Shown: positions 35,001-42,876 of the stretch, piece after piece
Position numbering within the stretch: the first letter of the stretch is position 1
Layout of the letters: each line of letters starts with the position of its first letter
Assembly (NCBI GenBank): GCA_018303075.1
Contig: JAGVYW010000044.1
Span: 1 to 55,861, forward strand
DNA length: 55,861 nucleotides
Source of the DNA: Candidatus Woesearchaeota archaeon
GTDB lineage: Archaea; Nanobdellota; Nanobdellia; Woesearchaeales; DSVV01
Direction of reading: 5' to 3'
The notes under the pieces: model-generated
The model's input: only the letters and a program-made list of their open reading frames with translations
Told to the model about the DNA's origin: nothing
Databases searched by the model: none
Program-made: the position numbers and the translations under genes

Positions 35001-35387
35001 AATACCAAACTTTTCAATATCCTCTTTGTACGGCAGACATAGATTTTTCTGCACAGCATTTTCTGTTGGCAGCCCATGCATATCAAATCCAGCTCTATCC
35101 CATACATCAAACCCCTGCGCCCGTTTGTACCGCAATACAGAATCTCGCAATGCCCTTCCCAATGCATGACCTATATGAATCTTTCCAGATGTATAAGGCG
35201 GCCCATCGAGATAATAGAATTTTTTCTTATCAGCGTTCCTTTGTTTTAATTTCTGATATATTTTATGTTTCTGCCAAAAATCATAGATTGTTTGTTCTAT
35301 AACTTTAAAATCATATGCTCCACTTTTCTTTTCTTTCTCTATATCTTTCTCTATATGTTCTATATTCTCTTTTATATGTTTATGCAT
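32079..35387 (-). CDS. ileS: isoleucyl-tRNA synthetase
   Basis: It carries a HIGH-type motif (PPYTSGKIHIGHA) and a KMSKS motif. The 1102 aa length and editing-domain organisation fit IleRS. Confidence 0.9.
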   Translation of the reverse strand: MHKHIKENIEHIEKDIEKEKKSGAYDFKVIEQTIYDFWQKHKIYQKLKQRNADKKKFYYLDGPPYTSGKIHIGHALGRALRDSVLRYKRAQGFDVWDRAGFDMHGLPTENAVQKNLCLPYKEDIEKFGIENFIKECKKLSVNNMNGMILDFKKLGIWMDYDNPYMPVNNSYIEGEWWLIKKAHENGRLYEGLRTMTWCSECSSALAKHELEYEKLNDKSIYVKLRLEGDNNEFLIIWTTTPWTIPFNLAVMVNPKVKYVKAEIRADMEGIGARGAGAETWIVAKDLAEAVIKKICGKDYKIVDEFDGSCLEGLKYQHPFAKYIDHFKEIAKQEIENNSSKLHTVVLSEEYVDTIAGTGLVHCAPGCGPGDYEVGHRNNLPPFNLVNERGYFENMGVFSNLQAKEDDKEFIRRLEAEGVLAASATVEHDYPHCWRHHTPAIFRATSQWFFKVEDLTANMKDINKTIYWMPDWAGNRQFHSWLDNLRDNSITKQRYWGTPLPVWKCKSCNDYIVVGDSKELLQILKETNSGTKLPEDLHKPYIDAVKIKCKCGKIKERVPDVLDVWVDAGSASWICLDYPVRTDLFERYFPADFILEGKDQIRGWFNLLFVASMVSMSKHSFNTVYMHGFINDALGRKMSKSLGNYILPQEVIEKYGSDTLRYYMIGAANPGLDLNYNFEDMKVKFKNLGVLWNLQKFVIDMQKSYDLHIKQISEFDEEKLCVEDRYMISLLNTTIKSATEKFEKYQINEIPWAVENLFLQLSRTYIQLVRDRIAFGSHEEREQILSIIYAVLYESLKMFNTISPFISEKIYLQLKEAFAGKNAEGKNNALTDIALVEESISLISWSKYDEKKINTVLEKHFILSQDVIQSILGGREKIQLGIRWPLKEIIIVTENDDLRVAVESLASTIQTQANVKKVHVVKEFKSITTKAKPNFKTLGPEFGKDAPAIIGKLVQENEHAVIKHLEQGTLKVKLDHRDCVLRKEHFTIEKQVPDHLAACDFRYGDIYIDKERTAALDAEGYAREIMRRIQVLRKDIGLQKKDRVSIVVSMENDLLEMIRPLSGDIQEKCGADSIEISVEFTSKKHNIEEKIKGKTVRIGMDVV

Positions 35388-35439
35388 AGAAACAAAGAAT
35401 TGAATGGTTTATATATAAAGTTTGCTATAGTAAAGTTTG

Positions 35440-36270
35440 CTATAATATGATATACAATGCAATTGCAGCAAACATCAGCAATGAAACAATATTAACTATT
35501 AATCCTATTTTTATTTCATGCTGCTGATGCTCACCTAAAAAATAATACCAAAGCGTAACTGAGAAAAAACCAAACAGATGCGCTAAATGACCAACATTGT
35601 CCTGCACAGGAGATAATAACCCCTTAAGATCTGAAAGAATAGTAATCCACCCCAAAATCATTACAGGAATTGGTATAATAAAGTTATAAGTTAGATAAAA
35701 TGGCGCTGATACAATTGCTGCAGAAACCAAACCCATCAATGCTCCTGATGCACCAAGGCTTCCTGTATTATCATGAATGAAAAACAGATAGATTATAGAG
35801 GTAAATAATGTTGAAATAACACCAGCAAAAAAATAAATAAAGAGTGTTTTAAAAGGACCTATTTTATGTTCAACAATTCTGCCAAATATAAATATCCCAA
35901 ACATATTCATAAACAGATGTTTTGCATTTGCATGAAGAAACATAGATGAGATCATAGGAAAGAAATTAAGCGTCAGAATGTTTTTTGGATACCAAATATA
36001 ATTATAGATTATATCCGGATTTATTTTACCAAAATATATAAAAAGAAGAAATATATAGTAAATTAGTATATTGGTAATTATAAGATAAATTGTAACTTTT
36101 GCTTGAAATATAAATTGAAAGAACAATCGTAATGGTTCCAACAATTTTTTTGCATCTTCTCTTCCAATAAGTACAAGTATTAGATTATAGAGAAATTTTA
36201 CCGATTCCTTGCAAAATTTAATTAGAAATTGTGTTTGCGAATGAATATCATGGTTTTCTAGATTAGGCAT
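35440..36270 (-). CDS. rhomboid family intramembrane serine protease
   Basis: It has FLHANAKHLFMNM, the catalytic GASGALMGL motif and a downstream His in AHLFG. Confidence 0.8.
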   Translation of the reverse strand: MPNLENHDIHSQTQFLIKFCKESVKFLYNLILVLIGREDAKKLLEPLRLFFQFIFQAKVTIYLIITNILIYYIFLLFIYFGKINPDIIYNYIWYPKNILTLNFFPMISSMFLHANAKHLFMNMFGIFIFGRIVEHKIGPFKTLFIYFFAGVISTLFTSIIYLFFIHDNTGSLGASGALMGLVSAAIVSAPFYLTYNFIIPIPVMILGWITILSDLKGLLSPVQDNVGHLAHLFGFFSVTLWYYFLGEHQQHEIKIGLIVNIVSLLMFAAIALYIIL

Positions 36271-36314
36271 AAGTTATTTGAGAGGTTCTTAGATTTAAAT
36301 GTTTTCAATTATTC

Positions 36315-36440
36315 TCAATTATCTGCATCTTCTTCTTCAGGCTGAAAATCAAGATCCTCACCACATTGAGTGCAATAGAATTCTTTTGGATCTACTACAT
36401 AACCACAAAGATTACATTTTAGCTCATTAGGTTTTGCCAT
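36315..36440 (-). CDS. 41 aa zinc-ribbon protein with an acidic tail (below the ORF-track cutoff)
   Basis: Hand translation gives MAKPNELKCNLCGYVVDPKEFYCTQCGEDLDFQPEEEDADN, with two CxxC pairs. Confidence 0.4.
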   Translation of the reverse strand: MAKPNELKCNLCGYVVDPKEFYCTQCGEDLDFQPEEEDADN

Positions 36441-36482
36441 TGAATCTCCCTCTTTATTAATTATTCAACAAAAATGAGGTTT

Positions 36483-36785
36483 TTACTCTGATAAATCATC
36501 TTCAGTTGGTATTCGAGAAACTGTTGCAGCAACATTTTCTGAAGCATCAACATTCTCTATTAATATCTTTTTACGAACTTGTGGAACTGCTGGCTGCGGC
36601 ATTGATCTTTTGATAGTAAATGATATAACATCAGCTTCCACTTCTTTTGTAGCAATAGCTACAACATCATATTTCATAGCTTCTAATTCCTGCTCATTTA
36701 ATTTTAATAACAATGGAGCACCCATTGATAATTGCAAAGCTCTTGCACCGATTAATCTTGCTATTTCATATTTAGTATATTTCAT
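36483..36785 (-). CDS. rpoK: DNA-directed RNA polymerase subunit K (Rpo6)
   Basis: MKYTKYEIARLIGARALQLSMGAP is the conserved Rpo6/omega core. Confidence 0.85.
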   Translation of the reverse strand: MKYTKYEIARLIGARALQLSMGAPLLLKLNEQELEAMKYDVVAIATKEVEADVISFTIKRSMPQPAVPQVRKKILIENVDASENVAATVSRIPTEDDLSE

Positions 36786-36808
36786 TGTTGCACCTTTCGT
36801 TTTGATAA

Positions 36809-37132
36809 TTAATTCAAATGTTGTTTTACAAATAATTTATCTTTGCCGCAATAAGGACACATATGCTTTTGTGGTGAATCCTTTTTTACATAAAATATAT
36901 AATTACAACCTTGACATTGATATTGTATTTTTTGAACTTGTTGTTCCTGCCTTATAACATGCTTTTGTACATAATCATCTTGTTCTGGCACTACACCTTT
37001 TTTATTCATCTTATATTTTTCCAAACATGTACTGCAGATTATATTTGTTCTTTCTGCACTTCCTATATAACGAACATCATTAGAACTTATGTCTTTATTG
37101 CATTTAAAACATTTGTATAACATTGATGGCAT
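36809..37132 (-). CDS. double zinc-ribbon protein
   Basis: The CxxC pairs are CFKCN...CSTC and CQGCN...CPYCG. Confidence 0.45.
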   Translation of the reverse strand: MPSMLYKCFKCNKDISSNDVRYIGSAERTNIICSTCLEKYKMNKKGVVPEQDDYVQKHVIRQEQQVQKIQYQCQGCNYIFYVKKDSPQKHMCPYCGKDKLFVKQHLN

Positions 37133-37238
37133 TCTAACACCTTTTTGAGTATATAAAAAGATATCATTTTGTATTTAAATATTTAACGCTTTTCTATGAA
37201 ATATTATTTTAATTGACAACCCAATCACCTATAGAAAG

Positions 37239-37382
37239 CTACTCCAAAACCAATCCGCATTTCTTACAGTATCGTTCTTCTCCTCGTAAATCAAACTTCT
37301 TACCCCCGCAATCAGGACATTTCTTTATAGATTCTTCTAATTCAAGGCTGTCAAATGACTTTTGATCATATTGCTGCGCCAT
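37239..37382 (-). CDS. 47 aa stand-alone TFB/TFIIB-type zinc ribbon (below the ORF-track cutoff)
   Basis: Hand translation gives MAQQYDQKSFDSLELEESIKKCPDCGGKKFDLRGEERYCKKCGLVLE. The CPxCG...GExxCxxCGLVLE pattern is that of the TFB N-terminal ribbon. Confidence 0.5.
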   Translation of the reverse strand: MAQQYDQKSFDSLELEESIKKCPDCGGKKFDLRGEERYCKKCGLVLE

Positions 37383-37737
37383 ATTAATGTATAGTCAATA
37401 ATGATTTATAAAGATTTTGCAAATCAAAACTTCATATTTTGTGTTATTATTACCTATTACACAACAAATATAAAATATGGAAGTGAGCCCTCAGAAAAAT
37501 ATGAAAGAAGAGGAATTGAAACTGTTGTTTATGAACCTACAAGTGTACCTTTAAGTGAATTAAGAGAACAAACACCTGTTCCATTAGCACCACAAACCCC
37601 ATGAAGGAATATATGAAGGAGATAGATAGAGATTAGAGAAATATTTTGCTGATCTCTTAAGTGATAAACATGGCACTATCACTAAATAATTCAGAAAAAA
37701 CAATAACTTAATAAATATCTTTATATCTAATCCATAG

Positions 37738-39084
37738 ATGGAATTAGACACTGCAAAAGGAGTACGAGATTTTCCACCAGAACAAAAGATTGAAAGAAAT
37801 AAGATAATCCAGAAACTAATAAATATATTTACACTTTATGGGTTTTCTCCTCTAGAAACACCAATAATTGAACGATTAGATGTTCTTACTGCAAAATATG
37901 CAGGAGGAGAAGAGATAACTAAAGAAATCTTCAAACTAAAAGATCAGGGCGACAGAGATCTTTGCCTGCGTTATGACTTAACTGTACCTTTAGCAAGATT
38001 TATTGGAATGAACCCAACAATAAAACTGCCTTTTAAAAGATATCAAATAGGCGATGTTTTCAGAGATGGTCCAATCAAACTCGGAAGATTTAGACAATTT
38101 ATACAATGCGATGCAGATATCGTAGGCAGTAAATCTATGCTAGCAGACGCACAATGTATATCGCTTGGAGAAGATGTTTTTAATGCATTAAACATTGCAG
38201 TTAACATTGAAGTCAATAACAGAAAAATTTTAGACGGAATACTTGAATATGCAGGAATTCCAGAAGAAAAAAGATTGACAACAATATTAACAATTGACAA
38301 ACTAAAGAAGATCCTACCAGAAGGTATTGAAAAAGAATTGGCAGAAAAAGGATTGCAGCAAGAGATGATCAAAAAGATAATCTCTGCAATAAAAATAGAG
38401 GGTACTAATAACCAAAAAATAGATGCACTTAAGAAAATAATAAAAACTCCAGCAGGTATAGAAGGGATTGCAGAGATAGAGCAGCTTCTAAGTTATTGTA
38501 AAAAAAGAAATATTATATTTGCCCAATATCTAGCACGTGGACTTGCATATTACACAAGCACAGTCTATGAAATTTTTGCAAAAAAAAGCACAGTTACTTC
38601 TTCATTAGCTGCGGGTGGAAGGTATGACAAGATGATAGGTGGATTTCTGCAGAATAAACAGGAATATCCAGCTATTGGGATCTCTTTTGGAATAGAACCA
38701 ATCACAGAAGTCTGGAAAGAACAAAATACAAAAGAAAAATCTCAGAAAACAGTGACTCAAGTTTATGTTATTCCTATCATCAATAAAGAAGCTAAGACAG
38801 AATCTAAGAATAATAAAGGAGATAACACAATTAATGAATGCATTGACCTATGCAAAAAACTGAGAGAAAACGGAATTTCAACAGATATGGATATCAATGG
38901 CAAAGGAATCACAAAAAATCTGGATTATGCAAATCAGTACAATATTCCTTTTGTGATCATTCTAGGAAAAGAAGAGCTTAGACAAAAAAAAGTAAAACTA
39001 AAAGACATGAATTCTGGAAAAGAAGAACTAATAAACATAAATGATGCTATCAAAAGATTAGTATCTAAGATATTATCTAAATAA
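37738..39084 (+). CDS. hisS: histidyl-tRNA synthetase
   Basis: Class II motifs are present (FRDGPIKLGRFRQFIQCD, GGRYD). The C-terminal anticodon-binding domain carries a K/N-rich insertion. Confidence 0.85.
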   Translation: MELDTAKGVRDFPPEQKIERNKIIQKLINIFTLYGFSPLETPIIERLDVLTAKYAGGEEITKEIFKLKDQGDRDLCLRYDLTVPLARFIGMNPTIKLPFKRYQIGDVFRDGPIKLGRFRQFIQCDADIVGSKSMLADAQCISLGEDVFNALNIAVNIEVNNRKILDGILEYAGIPEEKRLTTILTIDKLKKILPEGIEKELAEKGLQQEMIKKIISAIKIEGTNNQKIDALKKIIKTPAGIEGIAEIEQLLSYCKKRNIIFAQYLARGLAYYTSTVYEIFAKKSTVTSSLAAGGRYDKMIGGFLQNKQEYPAIGISFGIEPITEVWKEQNTKEKSQKTVTQVYVIPIINKEAKTESKNNKGDNTINECIDLCKKLRENGISTDMDINGKGITKNLDYANQYNIPFVIILGKEELRQKKVKLKDMNSGKEELININDAIKRLVSKILSK

Positions 39085-40005
39085 AGCAGCCAGCCAGCCC
39101 AATCCAACAAAATAACTCATCAACAAAGTAATAAGAAAACTTGGAATAAAAGGTATGCCTTGTTTTATCTGAACATTTTCAATCTTTCCTTCCTTGTGCA
39201 GTTCAATCAGTTTAAGGATTTGCATTTTCTCAATACCTAAATCTTTTGGACCTGCAATATAAATATCATTTATAACAATATCCTCTGCTATCCAATCCCC
39301 CTCTGTTAATTGTTCAGGATTGACAGATTTTAGCATTGCAACTTTCTCAATAACTTTGATAAATTGATAAAGATAAAACGTAAGGATAAGCATCAACAGC
39401 AAACTGATTAATAATAATTTTACTGCAATATCATCAATAAAAAAGACTACAACAATCATTACCAATGAAAACATCATAAGCAATTTTCTAAGAAGAAGTA
39501 TATCTTTTTGATGAATTCTCTCATTAAATGCAATAATAAACTTTTTCCAGCTTGCAGCTGCTAAATAAATGCTCCACAATATACCATAAACTCCTCCAAC
39601 AATAAGCATATAGACGAAAAATATAAACAGCAATGGAGGTTGATTAAAGAATTGCAATAAAATAGTTTTAAATGTAAAAAGTATAGAAACAGAAAAATCA
39701 ATCGGAAATTGAATTCCAATACCAAGCAAAGCTCCTAACCCAAACAGCATCTTTGCATCCCCTCCACCCCATTGACCTGTATAATACATAATCATTGCAA
39801 TGAATATTGCCAAAAAGAAGCCAATAATTGAAGAAACAATGAAACTCCAGTCAGAATAGATTACAGATAATGATAGATTCACACCAAATGCAAGAGCAAT
39901 AAACGAAAAATTAACAATATCAGGAACTTCCCGTGTCTTAAGATCTGTATAACTGCCAATTAGAAGATAGATTACTGCAATTATGATTAGTATTTCGATA
40001 ATCAT
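39073..40005 (-). CDS. A24-family prepilin/preflagellin peptidase
   Basis: Both catalytic Asp motifs are present (YTDLKTREVPD and GGGDAKM). The protein is polytopic with an extra C-terminal region. Confidence 0.75.
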   Translation of the reverse strand: MIIEILIIIAVIYLLIGSYTDLKTREVPDIVNFSFIALAFGVNLSLSVIYSDWSFIVSSIIGFFLAIFIAMIMYYTGQWGGGDAKMLFGLGALLGIGIQFPIDFSVSILFTFKTILLQFFNQPPLLFIFFVYMLIVGGVYGILWSIYLAAASWKKFIIAFNERIHQKDILLLRKLLMMFSLVMIVVVFFIDDIAVKLLLISLLLMLILTFYLYQFIKVIEKVAMLKSVNPEQLTEGDWIAEDIVINDIYIAGPKDLGIEKMQILKLIELHKEGKIENVQIKQGIPFIPSFLITLLMSYFVGLGWLAALFR

Positions 40006-40078
40006 TTAATAGATGAGGAATATGATTTTGTTTATAAATTTTGATAATCTTTTTATACTTCATAGTAAAACAAATCTT

Positions 40079-40981
40079 ATGGAAGAAAAACAACCAACAG
40101 TTGAAGATTGGTATAAAGCAGGAGAGATTGCTGCAAAAGTTAGAGATTTCGCAGCTAAACTCGCAAAACCAAATGCATTACTATTAGATATTGCAAATCA
40201 GATCGAACAAAAGATTCTAGATGAAGGTGCAATTCCTGGATTCCCAGCAAATCTCTCGCTTAATACAATTGCTGCGCATTACACACCGCATATAAATGAT
40301 CAAACTATACTTACAAAAGAGCATGTTCTCAAAATAGATGTTGGTACATGCATGAATGGAGCAATTGGTGATACTGCTATTACTATTGATTTAACAGAAA
40401 AATATGAAAAATTAGTTGAATCTTCCAAACAAGCGCTTGCAAATGTTACTAAGTTATTGCAGCCAGGTACAACTTTAGGCGATGTTGGCAAAACAATCCA
40501 AGAAACAATTGAAAATTATGGATACAAGCCAGTGTTGAATTTATCTGGTCATGGTCTTGAAGCATATACAATACACTCTGCACCATCATTTCCTAATTAC
40601 AACAATAATAACAAGCAGCATATCAAAGTTGGCCAGACATTTGCAATTGAGCCATTTGCAACAGACGGCGCTGGAAAAATCAAAGAAGGTCAGCAGCCAA
40701 ATATTTTTGAGCCAATTGACAAAAAACCAATACGAGACAGCAATGCTCGTGTCTTATTTAGTGAGGTAATGGAAAAATACAAAGGCCTGCCATTTGCCAA
40801 GCGCTGGCTGCTTTCTCAAAAATGGAATGAGCAGCGTATAGACTCTGCACTGCGCATGTTAAAAGCAAACAGAAACATTGTATCCCATTCTCCTCTTGTA
40901 GAAGTAGCAGATGGTATCATAACACAAGCAGAACACACATTTATAGTAGAAGAAGATAGAGTTGTATGTTTGACAAAGTAG
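40079..40981 (+). CDS. map: methionine aminopeptidase, type 2 (archaeal)
   Basis: The ATG at 40079 gives MEEKQPTVEDWYKAGEIAAKV. Pita-bread fold motifs are present (IDVGTCMNGAIGDTA, SGHGL, EPF). The upstream extension in the ORF track looks non-coding. Confidence 0.85.
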   Translation: MEEKQPTVEDWYKAGEIAAKVRDFAAKLAKPNALLLDIANQIEQKILDEGAIPGFPANLSLNTIAAHYTPHINDQTILTKEHVLKIDVGTCMNGAIGDTAITIDLTEKYEKLVESSKQALANVTKLLQPGTTLGDVGKTIQETIENYGYKPVLNLSGHGLEAYTIHSAPSFPNYNNNNKQHIKVGQTFAIEPFATDGAGKIKEGQQPNIFEPIDKKPIRDSNARVLFSEVMEKYKGLPFAKRWLLSQKWNEQRIDSALRMLKANRNIVSHSPLVEVADGIITQAEHTFIVEEDRVVCLTK

Positions 40982-41024
40982 ATTTAATCGCACTGAACCT
41001 ATCGAAAATATCTGCAGAGCTATG

Positions 41025-41135
41025 TCAAGAACCACTGGTCAATAAACCAGTGGCATGCTTATCGATAACACCTAAGGTGGTTCTTGACGCTTACGAATTC
41101 CACCACCTGTCAATAGACAATTCGTCTTGTTTAAA
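41025..41135. repeat. copy 2 of the structured element, with an extra 21 nt arm
   Basis: Positions 41046-41135 match the reverse complement of 8962-9057. The extra arm TCAAGAACCAC (41025-41035) can pair with GTGGTTCTTGA (41078-41088). There is also a local hairpin, CCACTGGT-CAATAA-ACCAGTGG. Confidence 0.9.
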
Positions 41136-41149
41136 AGATGATAAAACAC

Positions 41150-41485
41150 TTATTGCACATCAATAATTATTCTATTTTTATTTTCAGGATGAATATATAC
41201 TTCTCTTCCTTCTTTAAGATTTAAAAACTGTGCAATTTTCTTATTGATGACTAATGCAATTGAACTTCCAACACGTATAACTTTTCCATTTGCACCTAAC
41301 CCCCATAATCCTTTTTTCTTTGCAGCCTCATCGATTTTATCAGAAGTTTCTTCATCAAATATTTCTTCCCCGCACTTATTACAAACAAAAGCTGGAAATT
41401 TCCCCAAAACATCTCCATAAAGCTTAAAATCTACTTCCTTCTTAACAACTTTTCCGTTGCATTCATCACATTTACTTATTTCCAT
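41150..41485 (-). CDS. antitoxin-like fusion of a YgiT/MqsA-type zinc ribbon with an AbrB/SpoVT domain
   Basis: The zinc ribbon is CDECNGKVVKKEVDFKLYG...FVCNKCGEEIFDEETSDKI. The C-terminal part, GKVIRVGSSIALVINKKIAQFLNLKEGREVYI, is AbrB-like. Confidence 0.5.
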   Translation of the reverse strand: MEISKCDECNGKVVKKEVDFKLYGDVLGKFPAFVCNKCGEEIFDEETSDKIDEAAKKKGLWGLGANGKVIRVGSSIALVINKKIAQFLNLKEGREVYIHPENKNRIIIDVQ

Positions 41486-41511
41486 TGTTTCACCATAATT
41501 TTACATCCTGA

Positions 41512-41721
41512 TTAACTTACGAATACTGTTTTTATTTTGTATATACATTCATCTAACTTTTTATATGCAACCTTAATATAAGTATAAGACGCTAAATAAC
41601 CATCCGTTTGCTTTATTTTTGCTCCATATTTTATTGCATCTTTAATTTGCTCTTTTGAAATCCCCTTAATTACCATTTTCTCTTTTGCGTGTTTTGTAAG
41701 CAACAGTATAATCTCAGGCAT
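41512..41721 (-). CDS. DUF4258-like small toxin
   Basis: LTKHAKEKMVIKGISKEQIKDAIKYG fits the H..rM..RgI signature. It lies upstream of the zinc-ribbon/AbrB gene. Confidence 0.45.
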   Translation of the reverse strand: MPEIILLLTKHAKEKMVIKGISKEQIKDAIKYGAKIKQTDGYLASYTYIKVAYKKLDECIYKIKTVFVS

Positions 41722-41859
41722 ATATACTGATTAGTATTGATACTAATATATAAAACTATCTTTTTTACTCTTTCTTCACTACTTTTTTTGCATTGTGAGC
41801 AAAGCGAACAAGCAAAAAAACAACATTTATAAATCACCTCTTTTTCTGATAATAAGTAG

Positions 41860-42600
41860 ATGGTAAAAGAAGCAATTGAAACATTAGTTGAAGGTGGAAA
41901 AGCAACAGCCGGTCCTCCACTAGGTCCTGCACTAGGTCCGATGGGAATTAATATTGGTCAGGTTATTGCTGAAATCAACAAAAAAACAGCTGATTTTAAA
42001 GGGATGAGAGTTCCAGTCAAAGTTACCGTTGATAAAGAAACTAAGAAGTTTGAAATTTCTATTGGTACACCTCCAGCAAGCGCTTTAATCTGCAAAGAAG
42101 CAGGAGTAGAAAAAGGCTCAGGCAATCCATTGGCAGAAAAAGTTGCAGATTTGAAGATTGAGCAAGTTATCAAGATTTCAAAGATGAAATCAGATTCTTT
42201 ATTAGGAAAAGATAATTTTGGAAGAGTTAAAGAGATTATCGGAACATGCCAGTCAATGGGAATCATGGTTGAAGGAAAACCAGCGCATGAGACAATTGAA
42301 GATATTAATAAAGGAATGTTCAAAGACAAGATAGCAGTGGGAAAAACAGAGTTATCTGCAGAAGAGTTGAAGAAACTCGAAGAAGAAAAATTAAGATTGC
42401 AGAAAGATATCCAAGAAAGAAGAGCAGAATTCGAATCCAAAGCTAAACAGATTATTGCAGGTTTAGCAGGCAAAGAAAAGAAGGAAATCAAAGCTGCATT
42501 GATAGAAGCTAAGATTCCAAAATTAATTATCGACGAATTACTGCCAGCTGAAGAAAAGAAAGAAGGAGCACCAGGAGCTGCACCAGCAGCTAAGAAGTAA
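41860..42600 (+). CDS. rpl11: ribosomal protein uL11 with an ~88 aa C-terminal extension
   Basis: GGKATAGPPLGPALGPMGINIGQVIAEIN is the conserved uL11 N-terminus. The canonical fold ends near residue 157. A coiled-coil-like segment and an A/P/K-rich tail follow. Confidence 0.85.
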   Translation: MVKEAIETLVEGGKATAGPPLGPALGPMGINIGQVIAEINKKTADFKGMRVPVKVTVDKETKKFEISIGTPPASALICKEAGVEKGSGNPLAEKVADLKIEQVIKISKMKSDSLLGKDNFGRVKEIIGTCQSMGIMVEGKPAHETIEDINKGMFKDKIAVGKTELSAEELKKLEEEKLRLQKDIQERRAEFESKAKQIIAGLAGKEKKEIKAALIEAKIPKLIIDELLPAEEKKEGAPGAAPAAKK

Positions 42601-42876
42601 TTTCTGTATTGAACTTATTTAATCTTTATTTTTTCATTATCTTAATTTATTCTGATTTTTTTGATCTAATACTCTTTTTCATTCCTTCTACAGATAAATC
42701 CTCATCGACAAGTTCAAACAAATCAAGCATTGAAATTTTTTGAGTCTTTACCATATTCATCCCCCTTAATAACATTCTATAAGTAAATCTATTCTATTTA
42801 TAATTAGCGCTTATACTAATTATAATTTATATAATTAAATAAGATTTATAAATAACTTGTTACTACCATTAGATAT

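Noticed and set aside
37401-37604. 67 aa ORF in the hisS upstream region
   Set aside because: It has no recognisable motif and its composition is atypical. It lies in a divergent promoter region. I could not find tRNA-like T-loop or acceptor features there either.
8962-41135. The inverted pair as the ends of a composite transposon or integrated element
   Set aside because: The 32 kb between the copies contains core genes (ileS, hisS, map, rpoK) and no transposase or integrase. Integrated elements are normally flanked by direct repeats, not inverted ones.
40966-41166. 66 aa ORF covering repeat copy 2
   Set aside because: It overlaps the end of map and spans the structured element. The equivalent frame is not conserved at copy 1, so it is most likely spurious.
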